NCBI GenBank assembly: GCA_030704615.1
Contig: CM060734.1
Coordinates: 44,516,001 to 44,580,000, forward strand
Length of the DNA stretch: 64,000 nucleotides
Source: Takakia lepidozioides
Lineage: Eukaryota > Plantae > Bryophyta
Reading direction: 5' to 3'
Of this stretch, positions 1 to 13,345 are shown in pieces. The notes beneath the pieces were generated by a model. That model had not been told where the DNA came from. It saw only the letters and a list, made by a program, of their open reading frames with translations, and searched no databases. Within the stretch, counting starts at the first letter, position 1. Each line of letters begins with the position of its first letter. The translations under genes and the position numbers were made by a program.

Positions 1-216
1 CGATCCCACTGTGCAGTCAATCAGCCCATCTTTGACAAATACACCAGAATGAAGTGGATGTGTAAACACAATAAAATGTAATTTGACATTTATTGAGTTG
101 GGTATGAGATTTAGATTGATGATTTTGCATCTGCTACCACTGACCTAGTGGAAGTTGCTGCAGATGCATCCTAGCAAACAACGTGGGAGTAGCAGAGATC
201 AACCTAGTCCACTTGA

Positions 217-375
217 AGTGGTGCCGAGAGTGGGTAGACCCTTGAGGTCATCCATGATGTCCTCCCCCATGTCACAGACTAGAAACAAGTCCAGGGAAGT
301 TTTCTGCCTAACTTCATTTTCATCAGACAATTTTCTGGAAACGGACATGGCTTTGGACACTACAGCCTCTAAGTT
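217..375 (-). mobile_element. Fragment of the same LINE family as 1984-3545
   Basis: Near-identical to 2446-2603 (gtgccgagagtgggtagacccttgaggtcatcc...gacactacagcctctaagt). Confidence 0.85.
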
Positions 376-429
376 AGTAGGGTTGGGGCATTTGCTGGAA
401 CAATTCTAAAAGGAGAATGTTTGTCAGAT

Positions 430-1600
430 TACCAGATGTCATTCTGAACACTGCCCCTGCCCTAGTGGACATGTATGCCAAATGTGGGTGCATCGAGGAT
501 GTTAAGGGAGTGTTCAACACTATGGCTGAACGAGATGTGGTGTCGTGGAGTGCGATGCTTGCGGGGTATGCACAGCAGGGGTGCGGGATGGAGGCTCCAA
601 CCTATGAGCAAATGATAAGGGAAGGGGTGAAGCCCGCCAACATAAGGTTTGTGTGTGTTTGCAGTGTGTCTGGCAGCCCTGGAAAAGGGCAAAGAGATCC
701 CTGGTGATGATCAAATCTGCAATTGTTCCAGATGTCATCCTGAACATTGCTCTGGTGGCCATGTATGCCAAATATGGTAGCATATAGGATGCCAAGGGAG
801 TGTTCAACACTATGGCCGAATGAGATGTGGTGTTGTGGAATGTGATGCTTGCAGGGTGTGCAGAGCAGAGGCGCTGGATGGGGCTTTGGAGACCTGAAAG
901 CAAATGATGGGGGAAGGGGTGAAGTTCGACCACATCATGTTTGTGTGCATTTGCAGTGCGTGTGCAAGCCTGGCAGCCCTGGAAAAGGGCATCGGAGGTG
1001 CATGGTTGCATCACCAAAGCTGAAAATGTACCAGATGGATCAATAGCTACAAGAAACCTGCATGGGTAGATGGTCAATTAGAAGCCGCAGCAGCAACGGC
1101 ACAATGATAAACTCAGGCATTGGTAATGAAGGCACCTTCTTCAACACATTTCACCCTGTTTTTCCCTCTTATCAGAATCGGTCCTAAATTAGCTGGTTGA
1201 GTGAGCCTTTGATAGTTTGGAGCGACTTTGACATGGTACTGCCAATGTGACAACAGGGAAGTATCTAGAAACAGGTAACAGCTGAGACGAGGAGAAGCTG
1301 TGGAATGAATACTTTTCTGACCCCAGTCAATGGTGGGACAACCAAGGCAAAAAGGTGAATGCCGGTCAGATTACTAGATGTCATTCTGAACATTGTCTCT
1401 GCCCTGGTGGACATGTAGGCCAAATGTGGGTGCATCGAGAATGCCAAGAGAGTGTTCAACATTATGGCTGAACGAGATGTGATGTCGTGGAGTGCGATGC
1501 TTGTAGGGTGTGCACAGCAGGGGCATGGGATGGAGGCTTTGGAGACCTATGAGCAAATGATGGGGGAAGGGGTGAAGCCCAACCGCATCACGTTTGTGTG
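430..1600 (+). pseudogene. Degenerate PLS-class PPR repeats, interleaved with OSB-like modules
   Basis: Repeated motifs PDVILNTALVDMYAKCGCIEDA..VFNTMAERDVVSWSAMLAGYAQQG.GMEALETYEQMM.EGVKPN.ITFVCV, with frameshifts and stops. Confidence 0.9.
1036..1378 (+). pseudogene. Fragment with PDF motif of organellar ssDNA-binding (OSB-type) proteins
   Basis: Translates WINSYKKPAWVDGQLE ... EKLWNEYFSDPSQWWDN(Q/R)GKK, matching the W..F..P..WWDNR..K.N...PDFKHK...LW....P.WV...L consensus. Confidence 0.75.
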
Positions 1601-1978
1601 CAAGCTCCAGATTACCTATGATTCCCTGTGGATCAATATCTACTACCAACTAGCATGGGTAGATGGTCAACTAGAAGCTACAGCAGCAGTGGCACAATTG
1701 ATAAAATCAGGCACTGCTAATGAAGGCACCTTCTTCAACACATTCCACCCTGTTTTTCCCTCTTATCAGAATCGGCCATGTTGAATTCTGAAAGTTAGCT
1801 GGTTGAGTGAACCTTTGATAGTTTGGAGTGACTGACATGATACTGCCAATGTGACAACAGAAAGAATCCAGAAACAGGTAACAGAGATAAGGAGAAGCTA
1901 TGGAATGAATACTTTTCAGACCCCAGTCAATGGTGGGACGATCGAGGCTAGAAGATGAATGCCTGTTGGATTATAGAT
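1601..1978 (+). pseudogene. Second OSB PDF-motif fragment
   Basis: KLQITYDSLWINIYYQLAWVDGQLE ... EKLWNEYFSDPSQWWDDR; duplicate of 1036-1378. Confidence 0.75.
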
Positions 1979-1983
1979 TGTAC

Positions 1984-3545
1984 TCATAAGACGTTGTTTG
2001 CCATAGCCTTGTGGCCATTGACCCCGTGCCCAGTTTGAGCGGGAACAAAAGGGACAGAACCTACCTCTGTCAGGGGCTGACGTTGGTAGTAAGACTTACC
2101 TCCATATAAAGACTTAATCCGGGTTTTCCAGATATCTTCTAGAAATCCCTTCACACAAGCATCAATCTGCTGTGTGTGATTTGCCCAAAAACTAGGCCTC
2201 AAGAGGGCCTGGGCTTTTGGCTCAGCCTCGAGACTTTCAAAGTTGGTAAACAGGGGTACAGGCACAATTCCCTTAATAGATTTGAAGAGAGCGTCTCTTT
2301 GGTGAGAGAACCCCGGACAGTGTATCAGAAATTGAATACTGTCTTCAGATTGCCCACACAACGGGCAATTGCACTCTCCCTTTCCTCTCTGCTTCTGTTT
2401 GCTGTTCAAAGGTAGGCTTCCTACCCTGAGTTTAAATTTCAGTCTAGTGCCGAGAGTGGGTAGACCCTTGAGGTCATCCAAGATGTCCTCCCCCATGTCA
2501 CAGACTGGAAACAAGTTCAGGGAAGTTTTCTGCCTAACTTCATTTTCATCAGACAATCTCATGGCAACAGACATGGCTGAGGACACTACAGCCTCTAAGT
2601 CAGATTTATCCAACAGGGTCAAGACTTGCGGATCCAGGTCCAGGTCCTTGAGGATCTCTTCTACTCTCTTCTGCCAGGATTTAGCCTGTTTGACAGGGCG
2701 GTCCTGTTTCCAAGATATAGAGTCGATTAATTTAGGATATTTGGTGTTGGGCATATGTTGCAGCTGACCCCACCATCTGACCTTGAATTCATCTCGTTGG
2801 GAGCTTAAGGACGGAATGCCAAACTCACCCCGAACAGCCACATTGGCTGTTTTGGAGCATGCTGACATACACTCCTTAAGCACCCCCACTTGAATGGATT
2901 CTAGAGACTTAGCCTGGTTGGAGTTATCAACCCATATAGCAGATTCATACTCCAAGGCAAGTCTAATAACGCGACAAAGCATGGTTTTCTTAACCTCAGA
3001 GTTGACCCCTCTGCAGTGGAAAAATTTAGTGAGCCCCAGAGCTTTGCCCTTGCCAGTTTGAACAACTTTCCGGATATGTGCATCACAATTACAATTGGAG
3101 GAGAACTCAATGCCCAGGTAAGTGTAGGAAGGGAGGACCGGGATCTCTTGGCTACCCCACTGCCACTTAAGATCACTTCCTCCCTCTCCTCTGTCGTTGA
3201 ATGCTACCACTGCACATTTGCTAACATTAGCCTCTAGCCCCCAAAGATCAAAGTATCTCTTCGCGCAATCAATCAACTCCTGGAGATTGGTTGGAGTCTC
3301 CCCTATGCCTGCGAAGTCATCTGTAAACATAAGGGCTGGTATGGTGGTATCACCCACCCTTAACCCAAATCCCTCACTTTCCACATCCTCGAGGAGTTGA
3401 TTGATGAAAACATTGAAGAGCAGAGGGGAGAGAGTACATCCTTGAGCTACACCTTGGTCTATGTCAAAGAAGTTGGACTTCTGTCCGTTAACAGTGACAC
3501 AGCTTTTGGTGTGAGCATACAAGTTGTGTCCAGATATGAGCTTCT
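1984..3545 (-). mobile_element. 5'-truncated non-LTR retrotransposon (LINE) ORF2: RT plus C-terminal zinc knuckle
   Basis: Open ORF with GVAQGCTLSPLLFNVFIN, ALMFTDDF, YTYLGI and CPLCG..EDS.QFLIHC. Confidence 0.92.
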
Positions 3546-4149
3546 TGGTCTGGTTATTGTATCCATCCGAATTCACAAGAAGGAGGTCATGATCACCTGC
3601 ATCGTCACTATTGGGGATCAATTTTTACTTGGTCTTGACTGGATGACTGGAGTTGGTGCAACCATTAGCCTGGCCTCTTCGCTTTAACAATGGTGAGGGC
3701 CATGACTCGATAGTTGTACCCTTGAAGGCAGTGAAACTTAAGGTTGGATCTGCCACAGCCAATCTCTCCCAAGTACAGGCCCTGGTAAAAGAGGTACAAC
3801 AAAATTCTCACTTCAACCTCAATTGGAATGAATTTTATAAATTCCAGCTTGATCTTTTAAGAATTATTTTATAAAATTAGGACCGCCAGCCTTGGCAACT
3901 CAATTATAAATGTGTGGTATCTTCTTTTTAATTTTTTATAATTTATTTATTTATTTTTAGATAAAACTGACGTGACACAGATCTGCGTCAACATCAAATC
4001 ATGTGACCTAATGCGACCTGACGTCACGTCAGTGTGCAACCCTGGTTTATGTTGAAATCCGATAAAAATTTGCGAGATTTCCCACCCAAAGTTTTAGTGA
4101 ATATGACATATGCAGCATTATACTATAGACAAACGTGATGTAAAGCCAC

Positions 4150-6670
4150 GGCAAAAATTACATATTATTAGATATGTGTACTATAATGAACATCGAGATT
4201 CCGAAAACTATGGAGGAAACAATTTTTATTTTTTCATTCATTTGTGGGAAGTGAAAAATCACAAAAAACGACCATAAAACATGGCACGATGCTTATTTGG
4301 TTCATGAACCAACTGTATTGATGAAATGTAATAAATTCATATATAAATTATCTACAGAATATATTACTCTTTCATATTGGAATACATTAGAAACAAAAGT
4401 TGATAATCTTAATATGATCGATAAGTTCATTGATGTTGTCTCTTTAACAGATTGCACATGAATTGAAACATATGACATAGCAACATAATTTCATTTGCGT
4501 CCTAAAATTGGATTGTCAACAACAATACCAAAAGCAAACAATCTACAACACCTGACAACATTATTCCTAATAAACAATTTTATGAACAACTACAAAAACT
4601 TAATCTAGAGCAACGAGCAATTTTTGATGACTACATTTACAGAAAACATATGTTTACGGACAAACCTTTGCATTTGTTTCTATTTGGGGGAAAAGGAACT
4701 GGAAAAACATTCATTTTACTACTTACTATTTAAGGTCTACTTAGATTTTATAATCAACATCCACAATCCGACCCACTTAAAAGCAAAAGAATTCTTAGGG
4801 CTTACATTGGAAAAGTAGCATTCAATATTGATGGGAACAACCATTCATTGTGGACTAAGCATACCTCTTAATAGCAAATATTTACCCTCGCTTGGATCAA
4901 AACGATTAGACATGTTAGTGAAATCCTTTGATCAACTACAACTTATGGTGTTGGAGGAGCCTTGAGGTGTCTCTTGTGGACAACAAAATGCTTATGTTTG
5001 TTGATCAACGACTAAGATTAATTAAACAAATTCATGGTACTTTCTTTGGTAACATTGATGGTATTATTGGAGATTATTATCAAACACCACTAGTGCGAGA
5101 TTCGTGGGTTTTCAAGAAAAAGCTCAGACGTCTTCATGCTTTGGTACTCGGTTTTGGACAAGATTGTATTAAATGTTACGAACTAAACCAAGTAATGTGT
5201 CAATCAAACAATTAATTCATTGACATACTGAACAGTAATAGCAACATTGATATTCTAAATCAACAATGTTGTCGCCCTCCGGCAAACATCGAGCGTTTCC
5301 ACATATATATTATACCAACAAAAATATGTTAATTCATAATCATAAAGCATTTGAACAAACTAAAGGATTTATATATATTTTTGAAGCTATTGACAAATAT
5401 CATGATACATGTCCACCTACTTTTAAGCTCTTTGGACAATGTAGCCAACATGGCCGGCTTACATACAACAATTCATGTTAAAAAAAAAGATGTTAATTGA
5501 ATTATGTGCAGAAAATTATGCAACTCATGATGGTCTAGTAAATGGGACAGACGGTATATTTAAACATTCTTCAGTGTTAACAAATTCAACCCCTTTAACA
5601 TGAATACAATTTAACTAAATCTGGTGTTGCTAGATGTGCAAAAAATATTCATTTATATAACTCAGCAATAAATAAGTTATGGACTCCAGCACACCAATTT
5701 CGATAGAGATTCAAATATGATCCAAGACTTCACATATAATTTTTAGAACCCAATTTCCTATTCAATTGGCAGCCGCACGAACAATCCATCGTTCTGAGGG
5801 CTTAATTTTGGATTATTTAGCATTCGATCCTACATGGGTATATAAACATGGTTTAAGTCATACAGTGTTGTCACGCATAAATAAAACTTTATAACAATTA
5901 AAAAAAAACTCATACCTCTAAGCAAATTTGCAATTGAAATTTTTTAATGTTGATAATGGGGTTGTTGAGGAGATGCAACGTCTCCATACAAGCGCACGAT
6001 GGAAATTACTCGTTCCAATTTTAAACACATAAACAATCACATGTAATTATACACTTGAATATAAGATCACTCTTATTACGTAAAGAAGATGTTTTTGCAG
6101 ACCATAACTTACAAACGGTTCATATTTTATGTTTTAATGAAATACCTAGTTTCAATACAAATTTGATTATAGATTCCACAATATATTCATATATCAGTGT
6201 ACATGCCACATGGTGGTCATGGCACCATGATATTATACGACAAAACAATGCCTTTAGTATCTCATGAGGTATTTTCATTCTCTGGTGCTGAATATATAAT
6301 GGCCACTTTCAATAAGAACAGAAGAAGGGCTATTCATATAGTTACTATTTACAAACCTCTATCACTTTCAATATCTATATTTTTGTCTCAACTACAAGCA
6401 ATTCTTGATAAAATACCACATTTTGTCCCACCATTACTATAGAAGATTTCAATATAAATATTTTGGAAAACGATTCAACCATGTCAAAACAACTGGTACA
6501 GTTCTCACGATGTTTAATATGACACTTCAATCATGTAAACTACTACAATATATGGTTCACAGTTGGACCATATTTGGACAAATACACCTAACCAACAACG
6601 TATATCAGGAGTTGCAGAGGCATACTGGACAAATCATAAACCTACATATATAGCTTTCAAACTACCAAAG
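4150..6670 (+). mobile_element. Degenerate Helentron-type rolling-circle transposon: PIF1 helicase followed by EEP endonuclease
   Basis: AT-rich and frameshifted. Helicase motifs GGKGTGKTF (~4686), AYIGKVAFNIDG..IH, EVSLV, GDYYQ, YELNQVM, RTQFPIQLAAARTIHRSEGL (~5746). EEP-like motifs NIRSL, ILCFNE, IVTIYKP, DFNINIL, LDHIWTN, YWTNHKP (6055-6660). Confidence 0.8.
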
Positions 6671-8577
6671 CGATGTTGTTAAATATCATCATTCAACAAT
6701 ATAGCATGTATAATATTTCGTTGCATATCCCCCACACACTCCACATTGGAGGGTGGAGCCGTTATAGCCGCTTGTTCAACGGGTGAATTTTGGATCATTC
6801 TAAGATAAGATGTTGCTCTTGGTCCTCGCGTTGTCATGTCCAATGCAAGCTCATTTACAGAGATGTTTGCTGACATAAATTCTTTGGCTATGAGATGTAT
6901 GAGATTGTGAATGCCGTGAAGCAAGACTGCAGTTTGCATGTCTAGTTTGCATTTCTCATTTGAAAGGCTTCAAAGTTCAGAGCCTTCAAATTGCAGCACT
7001 GAGCACTTTCAACACTCGAGACATGAGGGAGACATGTGACCTCGTGGGCGGCTTGATATTAAGCTGTGTGAGCGATCTGTGTTACAAATGGCACCACTCC
7101 ATAAGGAAATGCTCGTGTCTGTTGTCTCCTAGTTCTCGGTGGTGGGGCCAATGTGCACGTGGGAAGCTATATGTTTCTAGAAGAGTCACGCGCAGAGGTC
7201 GGCGTCTCGACTCAGAAAAACATAACCACAATAATCACCGAGATGCCCCCGTCCATGACATATTCAACAAGTGCGACTCTATCGTCTCTGTGCGAACGAG
7301 GCTATTGATGACAAGCTTTTGATATCAAGGTTATAAGTCGAACAATCGGTTAGTCTCCTTTCTGCACCTGCCTCAGATTCGGCCCCAGAAATGTACCAGT
7401 GCCTGCCCGACCAACCGATCAATCCGCATCTGGCTGGTATTCAGCCTAATGAATGTATCTTATTTGACCTGCAGAGAGCCTGGAGCTGACCTGCATTCTT
7501 TTGGCGTATGTTGTTCGACTGTGGCCCATACATGGGCTGCTGCTTCTTCTTTTCCTGCCTAAATATTTGGGCTCCCTATAGAGAACCTCAAGGACCTGAC
7601 ACTGTTAAGTTGGCGAGCCTTGCAGAGCTTTCAATACGCAGACAGTTTGGTTGTAGTCAGAATCAGGGTAGGTTGGACTTTGACTTTGCCCACGTCTGCT
7701 TGACCTAGTGCATTGTTGCTATCGAGTTCAGCCCTCTTTTGGAGTTTTGCTTTCCTACCGTCCCAGTCTTGAGGATGTTGGTAGGCAAGTTGGGTAGGTG
7801 GATGTTTGATTTTCCTCCCCTGAACGATTCAATGATGGACATTGTCGTCTGGGCAGGTGTGGAAAAGATGAAGCCTACAGATCGACTGGTGGGTCAGTAT
7901 CTAAGAAGGCCACTAAAGGCGAATAAAAGTTCCTAGACTGTGGTGGTGTGGGAGTGGTGTGTACAGGGACGGTGCACCGAACGTGTAATCAACCAAAGCT
8001 TTTTTGCCACAGTGACACTACAAAATTTCACGTCGGCCCATCACCAATGCGTTGTTGGTACAGAGCACATACGTATAGGAAAGTCCTGCCATGCCGGGGT
8101 TGCACCGGCATGAACATTATATTCCTCAGCAAAAATGGAGAAAACCGTAGGCGCGATTGGAGATCATTCTTCGAATATCGCCCAAAGGTGGTCCCACCAT
8201 TCAGATTGATCAGATACATCACACCTAGTCACCGATCTTGGTGGCTTGTCGTCAAGAGGCGGGTCAGGGCAGCAGTTGGAAGTGAGAGTCATCAAAGGAG
8301 TAAAGGGCTGAGTATGACCAGGGCCCCACCATGTCCATCGTCGATGTACCTTCGTCTCAAGACGGACCTACCTGCAGAAGGCAGGTCTATCCGGGAAGTC
8401 TACGGAGAAGAAGCTGCATGGATGGAAACCATGGCTTCCATCATTCCATGGTACAGGCACTTCATCCGAGCGGAACCTACACTCTGTCGTGACGTGTTTA
8501 AGATCAAATGGGAGATGATGTGAGCAATCTAGTAATAAACTGTGCCAGCGATTTGCGCTAAGTGTGTTCCTCCCCAC

Positions 8578-8584
8578 TATAAAA
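8578..8584 (+). promoter_or_regulatory. TATA box of Bet v1-like gene
   Basis: TATAAAA about 135 bp upstream of ATG 8715. Confidence 0.6.
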
Positions 8585-8714
8585 CCGACCCCACTACTCG
8601 GGTGTGAAGCATTCCAGTGCGCACGAGTCAGGAGTATTTCCTTCAAGCGTTGAGAGAGGCGTTCATTCTCTACTTCTCCTCTGCAGCATTTTCGTAGTCC
8701 ATCATCAACGAAGC

Positions 8715-9617
8715 ATGGCGAAAACTTTGGAGTCGAAGGAAGTGCTCCCGGTTGCTCCCGAGCGTCTGTGGGCTGTGTCCAAGCACTCCGATACACTGTT
8801 GCCCAAGCTGATCCCTCAGTTGTTCGCGACGATCGTACATAGCGAGGGTAATGGCGAGGCGGGCACCCTTCGTACCGTTACCTTGGGGCCTGGTACCAGA
8901 TCTTCCTCTATGCCCCGTTGTCCTGTGAGCACGTCATTGCGGTTCTTAGTAGATCCGGACACGAAGTGTCGCCGGTGGCAGCTCCTAGTACTTGTCCACT
9001 ATCATGAAATCGTGACAGAAGCGTGTGCCTGTATGCAGTCTACAATTTCTCACCTACATCATGATAATGAGATGAAGAGCGCAGTTGCATAACTCCGAGC
9101 AATTGACATGCATGGTCGAGAGAAACTGTGATTCCACAAAGATATGAGCGGAGCTTAGGCGCAGGACAAAGAGGGAGACATGATTGAGGTGTTTGTGAGA
9201 ATGCTCGTGGACTTGAACGTATGTCACCCTGTAGCCATTGAGTCGGATTTTTTTAGTGTTAGAACAAGTGGATCGATGTGTAATGTGTTGTCTAAGTACT
9301 TATGAATTTGTATCCTTTTTGTGTGTGTAGTCGTGCCGGGAAACGTGACAGTGAAGGAACGTGTTGAGGTTTTTGACGAAGCTACCAAGACCGTGGTTTA
9401 CTCCACGATCGAGGGAGATCCTAGGTACAGCTCCTTCAAGTCTACCGTAAAGTATCTCCCCGGACCAACGGCTGGCACCACCGAGGCAATTTGGACTGCA
9501 GAGTACACACCCGCTGCGGCTGAGGCTCCCCCTCCCGAGGAGCTGAAACATACTGCACAGACCGTGCTTAAAGCTCTTGCCGCCTTTGCCAATGAGAATC
9601 CGGACTTTGCTGCTTAG
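8715..9617 (+). CDS. Bet v1 / PR10 / MLP (SRPBCC) family protein, 154 aa; exons 8715-8892 and 9331-9617
   Basis: MAKTLESKEVLPVAPERLW...EGNGEAGTLRTVTLGP|VVPGNVTVKERVEVFDE..YSTIEGD. Gly-rich loop; GT(8893)-AG(9330) intron keeps frame. Confidence 0.92.
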
Positions 9618-11224
9618 AGCATGCCACAGTCTGATCCGGTTTCGTGCTCTAAGTACTTCAGAAACAAGACGCATAGTTCATAAGGCCGCGTGTTTGCTTG
9701 TCGTACTGGGTAAGTCTCACTCTTTTGGTTGGGTTCTATGGATTTCTTCCATAGCTCTAGATCGTCCAGCCAAATGTTCATGTATATAAAGGTTTGACAA
9801 ATGTACGAATTTACCCGCTTAGATCACTAGTGAGTGTTTGATCCTGGCATTCTCAATAAACGGTTTTGTTACATGTATGTATACTCGTATTGTATTTCGC
9901 CACAATTGCGGCGGGGTCATGGCTTTCATTGAATGGCTTTTCTCCCTTGACTGCGAATTCTGCACCTCGAATTCTGCACCTCTGGCGACCTTTTTGTTCA
10001 TAACTGAACACATGCTCAGATCTATAGTCAGGACAGTAAGTGCTCCGACGTCGAGCGGATCCTCAACAAGACAAAAGTTTATATTTGTCGATCACGTCAG
10101 ATGTCATCTATCTTCGAATGTGAATCGTATACGGTATCATGCTTGAGGTCCGATCCCCTTGATTTAAGTATCTGGAAATACAGGTCAGACCACTGATCAA
10201 ACAATTGTTCTTGTGGCATGATGGCCTTGCTGAACCAGATACAACTGGAACCTGCCACTAGTTTTCATCTACTTTCTCCTCTAGAGCAACAGACAACTTT
10301 CAATGGCCTACATGTACGTAGCCTAGAAGCTCCCGACTCCTGGCAGCAGGATGATAGCCGGTTGATCACTTCTAGTCCCTAAGCCTGACACTTGATTATT
10401 TTTCTTGCTTTATCCGGATTCCGGAATGAGTGCAATATCCACAGCTACCTAGGAGAGAGCCTGCACTGAAAAGAAAGAACCTGGGAGCTATGAGCTATAA
10501 GTAGGACGAACGGTGGCACATTCTGGCTCCAGGGGCTGTCTGCCTCACTGCAATCACTTACCAGGGCAAAGCCGAGGACTTCAACATTTGGGGGGATGCA
10601 GGTTTCCACAGATGTGCCAAAAAAACGCTACTCGTTGGACAGCCATAACTGAGATCAAAGTAGGAATCTACATAGGAATGACGAAAGAGATATCTGGGGA
10701 ATGTAACTGAAAATATACTAGGCCTTACATACCGCCATCTAAATTTCTGCGCACCTATATGATGAGTGAGCTGCCATAGCATTGCTGACAGAAGAAGTCT
10801 GGGCTTCTGTTTTTTTTTTTTTTTTTTAAAGAGTGACAGGGGGACAAGGCCCTAGAACTTTATTATGTTAGATAGGCGAAGGAAAACTCGATACCTGACT
10901 TCAGTTTCAAAATTAAAGTTGCTGTCACTGTCCTAACAAAATTATGAATATCATAAATTAAAAAAAAAATGTATCATGCAAGCTGGGTACCAATTTTAGA
11001 AGCTTCCACATTCACTTCATGATACATATTTTTTAAATTTATGCACATAGCAGTGGATGCAGACCGACGTATTCTCAAGTTATTGGCTGCAGATTGCCTT
11101 CTTCTCTGGTAATTAGTCTCTGGGATATTGTCTCTCCCTGACTTCTCTTGCCTTAGCGCCTTCCATGGCCCTTTGTGCTTTCCTTATCTGTGTTTTATGG
11201 CCCGGAGTGGAACCTCATTCATAT

Positions 11225-11318
11225 GCCTTATGGCTCCCCTTTGTAAGGTTATTTTTTCCTTACCAGTTTAATAAAACTTCGAGGACCACTGTCCCCAGTT
11301 CTCTTTAAAAAAAAAAAA
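11225..11318 (+). mobile_element. Retroposon 3' end (two hairpins, AATAAA, poly-A)
   Basis: GCCTTATGGC; GTAAGG-TTATTTTTT-CCTTAC; AATAAA; A-tract. Shared with other LINE tails in the window. Confidence 0.65.
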
Positions 11319-11599
11319 CCTTCCCCAATCTCACCTTTTCGTTAATGATCTACTCAAAATTGGAACTCGAAGAAACTAGAGGATGAGCCCAGTCCATTCT
11401 TCAGGCATCCTCATGTCTACTTGTACGTGTTTGGTTGACATCATTCGACACTGCCTTCGACACTAGTCTCATGGTCAGCCTTTTCATACACATCCGACAA
11501 AGTACCGAAAGAAAACATTGGATTGTCAGAATAACCACTCTCATCGTCTTTTCATCCAGTAATTCTTACTAGGTTTCTCTTATTTTCTAGTGGACAATC

Positions 11600-11776
11600 G
11601 TTATCCTGCACGTTGTTACCTTGCTAGTGGCATCACTCATTAGTCAGTGCCTCCACTCTCCTCTTATGAGTACTTATCGGGTGATCACCAAGTAGTGGTG
11701 TAGTAGTATATATGGAGTCCTCTGGCTCACTTCATTTTATCAATATAGTTTGATCTCTTCAACATGGTATCAGAGC
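11600..11776 (+). mobile_element. LTR remnant ending in CA plus tRNA-iMet PBS (left boundary uncertain)
   Basis: ...TTCAACA-TGGTATCAGAGC (PBS 11765-11776); TATATA at ~11707; no coding domains follow. Confidence 0.6.
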
Positions 11777-12780
11777 GCCTAGCGCTATATGGTTAGCTCT
11801 GAGGTCTTTGGTTTTTAAGTCCTGTGTCTAGGAAGGGACCCACCCTGACTTAAGCTACGAGGGGTAGCAGATAGTGCAGAAGGTCTGTTTGTGCTAACTC
11901 CTTGCTGTGCGTGCTATATGGTTAGTAGTTGACAGAAGGAGAAGATCAAACCTCGTCTTGTTGTTGCACTACAGCACAACTTTTGTAGTGCAAGTCTCGA
12001 GCAGTGTTGTTTTTTGATAGGTAGCCCTACCTTTTTAGTGACACGTTAATTTTTTTTTTGACTTTCACTGTGACAGTCAACTTTGAGAAAATTTTGACCT
12101 TTCACACAATTTTGTCATATGAAATACGCCCAAAAAAATAAATGTGAACTTCTTACAAGTACAATTAGTGAAGCTCCAGTCCGTGAATACATATGGTATT
12201 CTCTTTACTATTTTCATGGGCTCCCACCCAAACATGTAGCATTCGTACCACTTATTCTCTAACTATAAGACTTCAGCATTTTTAACCTCATCATACTTAG
12301 CCCCAAGCCTCTCTTCTTTGAGAGATATTTTCTTGGCTTATCAATGAGCTAGGACATACAATATGATTGTAAGTTTGTAAGTAAAGATTTTGAGTCATGG
12401 AGGATGGCCGTGTCGAATTAGGTGCAGTTGTTTGAATATGGCACCTCCTCCACAACAAATGCTTTTGAAATAGGATCAGGAGAGGGACTCAAGAAGAATT
12501 CTTCTGGCAATGCTGTGACTTTGGGTACACCATGTAAGGGAGAACAAGACAAACAGGCACTACACGTTTTGAATCAGCAATTCATTTTGGCCGCCAGACT
12601 CCAGTACTTAATTGTGCATTTTACAAAGGTGTATCAAGAGTAAAGACCTAGAAAGAGAAAGCAAGTGGATGCCCACATTATCCAAAATGGATCCAAGCCA
12701 AATATTCGTCTACTCAACACCCATGTCAAAAAAAAAAAAAAAAACCCCTAAGAATGGAGGCTGGAGCACGTCACAGGAAA

Positions 12781-12955
12781 TATATATAAATAGACGCCTC
12801 CCGAAGGGAGCGTAAATTATGGTGTCTCTTCACCACAAGGGCTACTGCCTTCCAGCTAAAAGGTGGACACCTTCATGACCTAGACCGTGGATTGAACCCA
12901 CAACCACATCCAACGTGGTATGTGCCCATTCCCACTAGGCTACATGCTGGTTGTC
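12781..12955 (-). mobile_element. tRNA-derived SINE
   Basis: A-box TAGCCTAGTGG, B-box GGTTCAATCC, 3' hairpin, AT-rich tail; flanked by direct repeat CACAGGAAA (12772-12780, 12957-12965). Second copy at 39571-39712. Confidence 0.75.
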
Positions 12956-13345
12956 CGCACAGGAAACAAAGAGAGAGAGCCTAGAGGTTTAAGGCTTGAA
13001 ACACAAAGAAGGGCAGCTGGGGCTCCCTGGAACACAGAGAGAGAGAAACAAAGACACCAACCATTCTGCTCCAAAATATTAACGCCTGGTGCATAATGTA
13101 GGTGATGTCAAGTACAGAATCACAGGTGCAACCAGCCTATAACTGATGTGGCATGCAGAGAAGGGAGACATTTTGTTACAAGGAACTTGGAGGTGGCAGT
13201 GTGAAACTTGCTTGCGCTATGCCTATGTGTTTCCAGCACCTTAAACTTCTACCCAGGCAGACTGTAATATGTGATAACTTCCTATATGTATACCCCAAAC
13301 TTGAACTCTAGCAACAGTCAGTGGATGGGTTCGAAGAGAGCAGAC

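Noticed and set aside
7948-8523. 191-aa ORF upstream of the Bet v1 gene
   Set aside because: GTG start, no recognisable domain, lies in the promoter region.
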